64,000 bases of DNA from Perna viridis (taxonomy: Eukaryota), in the NCBI GenBank assembly GCA_037379345.1, contig CM074512.1:22320001-22384000 (forward strand). Reading direction: 5' to 3'. A program made the translations under genes and the position numbers. Positions 1 through 11,400 of this stretch are shown here, one piece after another. The notes under the pieces were generated by a model. The model was not told the origin of the DNA. It did no database searches and worked only from the letters and a program-made list of their open reading frames with translations. Every line of letters begins with the position of its first letter. Position 1 is the first letter of the stretch.

Positions 1-1314
1 CTATAATAATAATAACAGTTATTGTCATATATGGCTTTCTGAAAATTTCAATGTTAAAGGAGAACCTCCAATATTGAGTTCTTGACCTTTGATGACATAA
101 AAGCAAGAATGATACTATCATGTCCATGTCTGGACCACTGCCACCTTCATATATTAGAAAGCACACGAATACCTTAGTTTCAATAAGCATAAAAACTAAG
201 CAAGTGTGAGTTACAGATTACTTGAAGTATGCACTTATGACAGATTACAATCTAGTTTAAATCACTGAATGGAACAAGCAGTTTGTCTTATTTTAATAGA
301 ACTGGACAGCATAATCTGCTGATGAAATAGCTATAGTCTACAGGTTAAAATTTATTTAAATAATGGTCAAATTTGTCCATAATATGAGGTGCACATCTTC
401 AATATGTATTACAGTATATGCAACAAATAACAGTCCGTTTCAGACAGGTTCATAGATGAATCATCATTATCTACTTGCAGAATACATGTAGACTGAACTC
501 CATTTGCATAAGTTTTCTTTCACAGGGATGATTTTACGAGGTCATCAAACAAAGCGGAAATTGGTAAAATCGGAAGTAAATGTATAGTAAAAAAAAATAA
601 AGAATCGTAACAGTAAAATCTGGATTTCAATTAGCAGAATTCCACTAAAAAGCACAAAAAAATAATCCCTGCTTTAATAAAACTGCCATAACATATAAAC
701 TAACAAGAAAATATAGCCCATGATAACTCATCTGAAATGCCTTACATGAATATCATATTCAAACCTACAATTACACTACTTTTGATCAATGAATGTACCG
801 GTATACATTCAAACATCTTAGTAGAGAATGATCACTGCATTATCATATAATTTAAGTTTTTTTTTCATTTAATGAAAGATCAGAAAGGTTCTTCAACCCA
901 AAACATTTTAGTCTGAGCATGCCCTGACACAAAGTAGGGTATTAATGGAGCATTAAGTGTAATGCCACCATGTCATGGTGAAAAAAGGGATGATGTATAT
1001 GAAGCAATATTATTATTACTGTTTCCTTGTAAGTTACAATGTAATATGATTCTACTTAAATGTTTAAATGCTGCAAGTAGGAATTTTCATTCAATCAGCT
1101 TACACATGCATTGTAGGTTTAGTTAAAACAACAAAATTATATTCTAGGTATTTTTTTATAAGACCATAATATCAATGTTTGTCATATGTGGCATAACAAT
1201 ATTTTAACTCTGGGTATTCTTTGACACATTTTATTTTCCAGTGTATTTAAAATACTGATATAAGGTAAAATTAGAGAAATACATAGTTGCAATTTTTTTT
1301 AATTCTTTTAGATA

Positions 1315-1494
1315 AAAAATATGTCTTGTTTCCTGCTACCCAATCCATCCTAGTTTTTTTGTGCCTACCCTAATCATTACAGTGTTTCCCTATTAACTCA
1401 ATGTAAAATGTTTTTGAAAAATAAAATAATTTCCCTACCTTCTTACCCTTTTTTTCCTGGTAGCAGGAAACAAGACTATTTCTTATGGCCTTAA
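1315..1494. mobile_element. MITE with TIRs ending at TTAA (Kolobok-like non-autonomous)
   Basis: gtcttgtttcctgctacc ... ggtagcaggaaacaagac inverted pair; the right end reads ttatggccTTAA. Confidence 0.6.
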
Positions 1495-2022
1495 CACATT
1501 TATCTGTGTCGGGAGCTTAAATCACAATCCCAAATCTGAGCTGTAATAAACTAGCTTGAATGTATGTTGTGTCTATACTTGCCCATTGTGGTCATATCAA
1601 ACTGCACCCTTTGAAGCATTCTCTTTTATACTGATAAGGGGTTGAGAATTAGTTACAATATCATGAAATTGTAGTAAGCATACAAAGTTGTATACATGAT
1701 AAGGCTTAAAGACATGAATGCACATTCATACCTGAAGTTTTTTCTACAAGACCACTGTGGTACATGGACTCGAAATATGGACATGAAACAATTACACACC
1801 AATGAGCCTTTATCACCTGAAAAACCATGAAATCAAACATGTAAACTATGTGTTACATGTAACATACAAATATTCACAAACATTAAATAAGCTAGTTTTC
1901 AGCAATGGATACAAGACATCTGATTTATCGGTAGTCAATTATGGTTTACCAGGGATAAAGCTTAACGGTCGACCAATTGCCCATAATTTCACTTGGGCGA
2001 CTTCTCATCACTTTCCAGATTG

Positions 2023-2780
2023 CAGTGATTTTCCAACCATCATTTTATGTCAGAATTTCGGCCCCATTCCCAATGAGAAATATGCTCCAATTTTCCCAAA
2101 TGTTAACAGCAAAATTCCTTAATAACTTTTGTTAGAAAGATATATCGTCGCAATTGTTTCGTTGCGGTTTCATATTTTTCTTGTTCACAAATCTCTTAAA
2201 CTGGTCACTGCCAGCATTAACATAATAGGAAACCAGTTTATATAAATATTTGTGGTGTTTCAACAATTATCTATATTATAAGAATTGGCAAAGAGGGAAA
2301 GGATCAACTTAGTGGTGTAGACCTTGAGAGACTAGTTGATATGTTCAGAGACAAGCACGAGAGAAAACTTGAAATTTAAATAATAAATATGTTCTGAATT
2401 CGAATTTAACTTGAATTAATGGCCTTTAATACATCCTTCCAAGTCGGGGTTTTGAGTCCACATTCACTCCCTGTTATGTGTATGTAGCCATTTTGTAAGT
2501 TATATCGAAGAATTTCTATTACGAGTGATTTGATTGGATTTCGAATCCGGATTAAATTTAGGTAACTCACTAGATGGAGCTGGACGATACCCGTCATTTA
2601 TGAATGAGTGATGTCAGGGGTTTGAGGGAGTGACGGTGGACTAAAAACCCCGCCCTGGGAGGATGCCTTTAATATTGAATATAGGGATTTTTAATATTTC
2701 CCAATTCCTTAATTTTACATGTTTTTTTCCCTAATTGCATGGGCCCCGGGCCCTTCCCCTAAACAGAAGGAAAATCACTG
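2023..2780. mobile_element. Non-autonomous DNA transposon with 12-bp TIRs and a 5-bp TSD
   Basis: Termini CAGTGATTTTCC ... GGAAAATCACTG, with GATTG immediately outside both ends. Confidence 0.7.
2430..2668. mobile_element. TTAA-flanked MITE nested in the 2023-2780 element
   Basis: catccttccaagtcggggttttgagtccac..tcactccct versus agggagtga..gtggactaaaaaccccgccctgggaggatg form ~45-bp imperfect TIRs. TTAA at 2426-2429 and 2669-2672. Confidence 0.7.
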
Positions 2781-3505
2781 GATTGCCAGGTGGCAACTGC
2801 AATATTTTTAAAATTAAGTTTGTTCTATCGCTAGAAGTACTTGATGGTTATATATAAAAACATCGCTGGTTTTATTTTAAATGGAAGTCACATCAGGCTT
2901 TCAAGTGACTTTTTGTAAAAAATAAGGGCTATTTTTAGGGCTAAAGTCTTTAAAAAATAAGGGCTAAATTTAGGATTTTTTAGGGTTTTTAACACAAAAA
3001 TAAGGGATGACATTCTTTTTCAATTATAATACTAAAAGAAAAACAAGTTACTTACCACTGGCCAAAGACAACAATATAAAAGCTATTTACCAACCCAGAA
3101 GATCATGTCAGTGGCCATCAACAGCTGTATTCAGCAACTGCTAATGACCACCAAAATGTCTTCTGAGGTGTTTTGATCATGTTATTCATTTTCTGAAAGT
3201 ATACTAAGCTAGATTCCATTAATACAAACAATATAAAGGGAAATTACTATTTAAAAATTTCAAAATTCAAAAAATAAGGAATTTCTCAACAAAAATAGGG
3301 CTTTTTAAGGATTCTTCTGCTTTCATTAGGGCAAAGAAAATAACTAAATCACCCCAAAAATTGACATCGCCCTCTTTAACCCCCCCAGGCAATGTTCTAG
3401 TCCGATTTTGTCTTATGTTGCTTCAACTTCATCACCATTGGACAGGTCTGTCCAATCTGATGAACATCCAATATTTGCAGTGCATTGCTGTCGTTCAGGA
3501 CCAAC

Positions 3506-3631
3506 CTTTCCATCTGTACAGATAGTTAAATCACACAATTCTGGATGCTCTTCTCTTTGTTTGTTTAGGGTTTCTGCAAGCTTAGTAGTATGAATGACAG
3601 AGCTTCCCATCTCCCTCTGGTAGAAATTCAT
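3506..3631 (-). CDS. First coding exon of a BTB/POZ-domain protein (Kelch-like/ZBTB type); gene continues beyond the left edge of the window
   Basis: Translates to MNFYQREMGSSVIHTTKLAETLNKQREEHPELCDLTICTDGK, the 'H...L...LN.QR....CD.T(I/L)...G' signature that opens BTB domains. Acceptor tcag at 3657-3660 and phase-0 donor AAG|GTTGGT at 3505. No downstream BTB exon found in 1-3500. Confidence 0.7.
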
Positions 3632-6409
3632 CTTTATTCTTTCTGTTGTAAAATACCTGAAAAGGACAAAAAAGAATATATTGTATATTAACTGGTAGAA
3701 CTACTGGAGATCATATTTACATGAACACAGTGCCTTGGCCTTTAACATTTGCTTGAAGTTTTTAAGATTGGATATACATGTAATTAAGATAGTCTTGTTC
3801 AAAAGTTGTTCAAAGGAAATGGTGGGCACTATTGAGCTTCATTGCTTGTGTTGTAATGTTGAAATTTCTTTGATTCTTAAATTTAATTTGAAGACTGTCA
3901 CCATGTATGATAAAACAGAAATACTGGTCTGCTACTACTACTTCTTTTTAATGTGAATCTGACAAGTTGAATAGCATGTCTAAAGAGTTGTTGCAGGAAC
4001 TTAAGCGAGAAGACCAGGGTGCTAACAATACATTCGTAACTGGAAATAGTTTGTCAGTGAAACTGTTGAATGATTTTATTTTAATTTGATGTATATCTAG
4101 AGGCTCTAAAGAGCCTGAATCATTCATGGAAGCACAACTGTTAGATTTTTTACAAGTACATTTACTTCCGTAATTCAAGCATACTAAACCAAGTTAATCA
4201 TTCATAGAGATCCTTTCATGTGACATTCCTGCCCAGTTTCCCAACCCTTGGTAAAATGCAAATAGACAAACAATGATTTATTTCAGAGATGCATTGAGGT
4301 CAACAACCCAATGAAGTTTCAAATGTTTGCACCAAGGGGTTCTGAGAAAGGATCTTTGAAAATTTTCCAGTTAGCTTAAATAGGTTCTGGTGGCAATCTT
4401 TATTAAGTGGAGGCTCTGTCATCTTGATTTATTAAGTTGACTAAAAGTAATTATTTGAAGAACTAGATGTTCTTTTGTACATCAAAATTCATTCACATCA
4501 AGTTTTATAGAAATCAGTCCACAACTGTTCTCAAAAGTTGAGCAGATTTGGTAATGACAAAAAATTATCATATAAGCTAGGTCCAGATGAGCTAATAAAA
4601 TTGTTAAAATATATTTATTTACAGGTTACATCTTGCAGATTAAGCTAACACTCATCATTATTGCTATACACAAATCACCTTCAGGCCAAAAAATAAACCT
4701 TACTAAAAAAATTGGGTTGGTAGCCTTCAAGACGTCTCACTAAAGTAGAACCCAATAAAAAGTGATATTTCCTTTTTTTTCATTGATCTTCCAATATTTG
4801 GGCAAATCTTTTGAGTTTTGCTACTCTATGAGAGTAGAGTTAAATCTAAAGCATGGTGCAGCACCATGCCCTTTTTTTCAGGATGCCATGCTCCTTTCCC
4901 CAACAAAAAAAACATTGCGAAAATGTGTTACAATTTTAGCCCTCTCGAAACTACGAAACTTCACCGTTATTTTTGTTATTTACCTTTGACACAAAACCCG
5001 ATTTTGTCAAGATTACCTTAAAACTCTGAAATCAACCCCCTAATTAGCGTTTCAATTTCATTTCTTTAATTAAGAGTCATTAAACTGACAGAAGTTAATT
5101 GCTGTCTAAACAGGTAAGGGTACGTTTTGTGACAGGTAAATAGTCTCTGAGGACCAATCAGCTGATTAGGGTTTGACAATTAGAAAACGAATCCTGATTG
5201 GATCTACCATTGTTTTATAAACATCCAATCATTTTCTAAAGATTAAATTATGCTCCACAATTAATTTGACAATACTGTCATTTTAACAAAATTTTAAAAT
5301 TATCATTGTTTATACAAAATGAGTTACCTCCTCTGCAGTCTTCATATTTGCTGTAATATCTACAATGCAGTATTTTCCCCTAAAATTTTGTTTGCAATAG
5401 TTAAAAGAAATGCTATTCCTTTCAAATAGTGATGATTTTGGAAATTCTTTATCAACATTCTTGAATATTTCTTACATTTCCTAATATACTGCACCTCTTG
5501 GTATGTATTTAATGAAAAGTGAAAGTTGCCCAAGTTTCCCTGTATTTGTACGTCTGTGAGAGACTCGCAAGACCGTATATACTCTACTTTGGCCTTATTT
5601 ATGCCCCAAATATCTTGCTGAACTGCAAAACTTCCATGTTCACAACATAAATACTAAGTCCCCTTCAACTGACATAAACATGTGGTCAATATATAAATTT
5701 TCATGTAGTAGAAATGAATTAGAATGTAAGTAAGTTTTCTCATTTTTTTTTATTTAAAAAAAACTTAGAAATTTCAAATAGGTTTAGAGGAATCCAACAC
5801 AAATAAGGGAGCATACAAACTTCTATCTATTATAGTGCATGCACATGTTCAACTGAAAAAAGGCCCTCAAATACCATAGTGATTGTCTCAATTCATACAT
5901 TACTACAGTAAAACCCAGGCAGTTTGCAAAATATGTAATGAAAATGTTGATTCACACATTGTCCCATGTAAAAAAACCCATCAGGATTTTCCGAAGTTGG
6001 CAGGTATGTGACTTTTTCAAATGAAGTTTTAATTCAAATTAAAAAGTTTTAATTCAGATGTCTTTGATTTTTTAAATTGTATAACAATTTAACAAATCAA
6101 TGTGCCCTGAAAATCAATTATCGTGACAAAAAGTGCCCTTCGTAAAAACAACAATTACCATGCTCTTTTCTAATCCTAGATTTAACACTTGAGAGTGATG
6201 CCGGGCGACTCAGTCTGAACTTTAGCAAACTACTTCATGAAATTTACGTCCTCATAGAAAATTATATATACCACTATCATATATTAATAATGGTTTAATT
6301 AAGCGAATGTTAAGCATACCGATTGGACGATTATTATTTATTTTAAATTATGAGGCCCTGCCATTGAGGATCACTATCTGTTCGATGACATCCATGTAAA
6401 AATCTCGTG

Positions 6410-6450
6410 CAAATTGTTCCCGCCGTTTGTTTATTTCCGGTTGGATCATT
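6410..6450. promoter_or_regulatory. Candidate promoter of the BTB gene
   Basis: Local CpG cluster with an ETS-like TTTCCGGT motif, just upstream of a minus-strand donor (GTATGC at ~6319) that could end a 5'UTR exon. Inference only. Confidence 0.3.
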
Positions 6451-8433
6451 TCTTCAGTGAAGTGTTCAATTGAACTTATTTGTTCTATTCATAGAGCCGA
6501 ATTTAAAATTTGATATATACCAGGTGACTGGTCTATGGACTGTTCAATACTTGTAAATTATCTGAATGGGTTGTTTGAGAGGTGTATGGATTGGGTAATG
6601 ATGAGCTGACCCTGATGATGCAAAGAAAGAATGTTTAGCTTACTTTTTTATTTGAAAAATAATATAAATTATGAGTGTTTGCAGGCCACTACTCTTATTT
6701 ATCACATATGGCGTTGAAACATCAAACAGTACCATAAGAAGCTTTACTTGTCGCTCCTTTTGAAAGTGAAGCATTATTGATAAGACTCAAGCCACTATAG
6801 ATGGTATAACACAGCTATTTATCTTTCATGTATATTACGCACGTATATATTTCATCACTTGAGAGAGTAATCTTTATGTCCATGGGCTATGGTGAGAATG
6901 TCGTCATGAAACTCTCCTATGGAAATTGCAAAAAAAAAATTATATTGAAATTAACCCAACATTTTTTTTAAACTTGGGCCGATACCCCCTCTATTCCTAA
7001 AATATTGCCACGGGAATTCTGGGAGAAGATGAACCCTTTTAATTGCCAAACAACATTTCAGGGGCGAGTCCGTGTTTCAGAATAGGGGCGTTTAGAGAAC
7101 TAAAGACTGGGCGAAGCGAGGCATGAAAATTGGAGATGGTAGAATTTTGTCAACAATATCAAGATTTCAAACTAAAATATGTGTTTCCCACTCTTAAGGG
7201 GGTCTGCCCCTATGATTCCGCGCCTCTCCATGGCGGGACGTCCACTCCGCACATCGCTAAAGACCAGAGAGGGATATACAACAACTTACGGGATCATCGA
7301 TCCTGCATCAGAAATAGTGGACCCCGGACCTCCAACTATCGCTTATTTAAACCCCTGCAGATATAGGTGCAGCGCCTTTGATTCACGCTTTGATTAAGCA
7401 ATAATACATCAATATTGACCGGCTTAATACTATCCTCATTAACGTAAGGATGTCGTGGTGTACGGTACTGTTACAATAGATTATTAAACGATTTTTTCTC
7501 AAGAAAATCACGTTTCCGTCGCATATTTTCTGTCGGATATTGGAATTGTCCTGTCTTTACAATCAAATCTCTGCTGGATTTGTTTTATGATCGCTTTAGT
7601 TAATTAAACTTGTTTGTCAAATGGTTTCTAATTGTTAATCGATGTTACAACTATAACCTTAATTCTTTTAACAATAGGACCAAATTCTAGATGCACTTAA
7701 AACATCCGAGGTTACGACCTTCCATTAAATCTGAATATATTGTTTAGAGGACAAATTATATACATGTACTGCATGATCTGTTAAAAGTCATGTGTCTGCT
7801 TCTAAGACGTATAAAAAGTGTTCTAAACACAACATCTCTGTTTACCAGTTGTTGAGATTTTTTTTTACCAAAAATAATAAATAGACTTTGCACCTCTCGA
7901 TATCAGGTTCATTTTGGCAAATTATATTAACATGGTGCACAGCCAAATGTGCTACATATGATAATCAAATGGTTCTCATCCTACGGTTAAATGATAATTT
8001 ACAAATGATAATATATAATTTTCAAAGTATTTTGACTTTGAAACTTATGATAGTAATGCAATAACCACATGTAACCTGAAACATATGATTAGCATATTCA
8101 GTGGCCAAATGCTCAATTCATATGATAATTATACGTTGGAAACTGTATGATTCTCATGTATGGCCTTTTTTGGCTTAATTCTCAACCTTTAATAATTTTA
8201 CTGAAAAAAACAGGTTTATGGCCATTAAAATAAACGCGTACTTTTAATAATGTATGTTTTTCTTTCAAACATGTATGTTACAAATACAGTTGAGAACCCC
8301 AACACCTCCTTGTTGATCATCTTGCGATTTACTGCCAGTCCAACTGGTATATATTGACATTTTTTTAAAATAAAAAAAACCTGGTAATATCTTGTCGTGA
8401 TTACGGAATAGGATAGGCCTCGTGTCATTACAG

Positions 8434-11400
8434 ACTATTTTATTGGTTTCTGTGCGTCATTTATTCGCTAAAAACAGGTACAAATTCTTTCTGATACATT
8501 ACCTTCATCGATTCATTTCAAAATCGATATGAATTGTTCAAATGTGAAGTCATCGCAATCGATTCCTGATTAGCATCTAATACCACCCAGAATTTGTGCA
8601 TTGAGTAAACTTAATGGATAATTGTTAGAAACAAGACCGGGAACTAAAACACCTCTTGAAAGCAAATATACAAAACTATCATAGGGTTGGAATGAATAAA
8701 GGAAGACATAATTCATTCTATATTAATTTAAAATATGAAAATACAATCTTCTAAAAATGTGACAATATAAACAAGGAAAATGTCAAAAACAGAGAGATTA
8801 TTCAAAGGAATACTATTCTGGACTATGTTTATAGGTAAGCTTGATATGTAAATTTCGGTTTGGACGGCTAAGGTGGGACTAAAATTTATCTTAGAAGAAC
8901 TGATTAATGCTTAAAAAATTGGAATACGGAGCTTTCGACGATTGTCCAATTTTCAAAAAGGCCTGCATAAAAAAGAAAATAAGAGATGCCATAAGCCATC
9001 AGAAGTATTTCCTAAACACGTACATCCCAATGTATATATTAAAACATTTAAAGATGTCTAGCTCTTATAGAAAAAAACTTCGTGTTGATTAACCATCATC
9101 TGGAATGTTATCATAAACACGAAAGACTAACAATATTTTGATTAATGCATGATCATATTAATAACATTTTTCATCTGTGTTCAAAGGTCATTTCAAATTT
9201 TACAGGTTACAATTCTTTCACGCTTAAAGGTACGTCTACATTTTGGAAAAAAAGTTCAATACAAGCTCATATGTATGTAGCGTCTTAGTCCATTGCAAAT
9301 ATCTGTACAAATCAAATATTTCGTAAAATATAGTAACTTCTGTCCTCGATTGTAATTCTATGTTTCGATCTCACAAAGAAATTCGGTAGAACAGACATGG
9401 GTGAACGGTAGTAAATCATGAAAATGATGACAACAATGATTCATCACTTTATAGCAATGTCGAAGAAATATGTGTAAATGTGTGTAACTGTCAGTTGTCA
9501 TAAAAACGTATCTCCCATATGGAGTTCATTTTCCATATATTGGCGTTCCAAGAGCTTAATGACCTCAGTTAAAGAAACATGATCTTTTTTATAACTTCTC
9601 CCTTGATTCTTCTACATGACGAACCTATTCCATGAGTTTAAGGTTTCATGTCAAATGGACATGTATACACAATTATACTAAAACATATAGTTTTATCTTT
9701 CAGCGACTGATAGCAAGTCAAACTCAACAAAATCGGTAAGTCATACTACCGTTGTTATGTGGTTATACATACCGCAATGTACAGGTCTTAAAAAATGTGC
9801 ATAATTATACTTGCACTTCTTCACTGCAACATATTGAAAACCTTCATTCTACCCTATATATACAACACTGCCACATAAACTTAGTAAAGTAAAATTGTCA
9901 TACAATGTACTTAATTAAACGAACCATTGAAAAATCTGGTTCTCAATTCATTTCTTGTAATGGTGGGCTTAGTACATTAATTGGACATACATTATTTTAT
10001 GATCAGTGCTTTGAATAATTTTATTGACCATATTTTTATTCGATTTAGTAATACTATAAACAGATAGGATTTTGGTATTCCGATGGGACTAGTTGTGCTC
10101 CTCTCATAGCCGATTTGTTTCTCTGCTATTATGAATCACAGTTCACGGCTAAACTCTTTAAAGATCCTTCAAAACATGATCTGTTGTACAAATTCAATAA
10201 TACTTTTAGATATCGTGATGATATTTTGGCCGTAAATAGTCCTCCGAAAACTATGTTCAAGATATTTTCCCAAAATAACTTTTGACCAAGTCTAACAATA
10301 AGAGTACATGTACCCGTATACCCTTTCTTGATTCAGATTTTACACTAAGAAAATGGCACCTTCGGACTTCAATTTATGACAAAAGATGTTGGTTAATTTA
10401 CCATTCCTGGATTGCGATATAATTACTGAAGAACTCCACCCCCATGATACTGGCCCGTTTCGCTCGTATTTGTAGTATTCAAAGATTTTAATGAGCACCA
10501 AAAATGTCGATATCACAAACTTCTAACAACATTTTAAAGTTTTTTTTTCACCTTTACAAGACTTTGATACATACTGAATATTATAGGCTAAAAACCACTA
10601 ATTCCACTTCCCATAGGCTTCTATGCTAATTTCACAATATTCAATGGCTTCTCTGGACTTTACCTTAACTTTAACCTGCAGATGACTATATATCAGCATG
10701 ATTCTACATATGTCAGCTCACAATCCTCAGAATGGCATGTGGGGTTAGCAGACTTGCAGTGCAGTACTGGTCACCGGAAGTGAAGGGTCTATAAATAGCA
10801 TGGGAAATCCCAGTGTTTTCACAAGATAGGGGTATATTTAAAAATCATTATGGAGATTAGGCTTCACATCACAAGAAGCAAAATGCACCTATAAAATGTA
10901 CAGAAATGTTTTTCCTTTCAGAAACTGTTTAAATTTTTAAAATAAGATGAGAACTTTTTTCACAGCACTATGAGGAACAGGGGTAATTTCTGCGTAGGAC
11001 TATTTTTGCGTACGTTCCAAATGCTCATTGGTTGAATTGGTGGTCTGTAACCTAAAGGGTCACTTTTTGTCTTAGAAAAAATAAATAACTATACAGGTAT
11101 CTTCCTACACACATACTGAATGCATTTGCAAAGTTTCAGTGAAATGTGACAAGCACTTTTTTAAATATTTGATTTTTAAATATAGGGTAACCAAGTTGTG
11201 CGAGCAAAAAAGTGAAAATATTCTACCATACTGAAATGCATTAAATATTTGCAAAGAACTTTTTCTGACTTTTCAAATAAAAAATATCAATCACAACTTG
11301 TTTTTTAACAATATTAATGAAGAAATAGTTTTAAAAGTAATCATTTTCTGAGAAATTGGTCTATTTTTTAAAATTTATTTCTGACATGCCTCCCCCTTTT

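Noticed and set aside
3413-3505. C-terminal half of the 72-aa ORF 3413-3631
   Set aside because: BTB similarity stops at the AAG|GTTGGT donor, so the remainder is read-through into intron.
6604-6652. Minimal hammerhead ribozyme (CTGATGA-tgcaaa-GAAA within a gagctgac/gtttagctt stem)
   Set aside because: No convincing stem III or NUH cleavage triplet.
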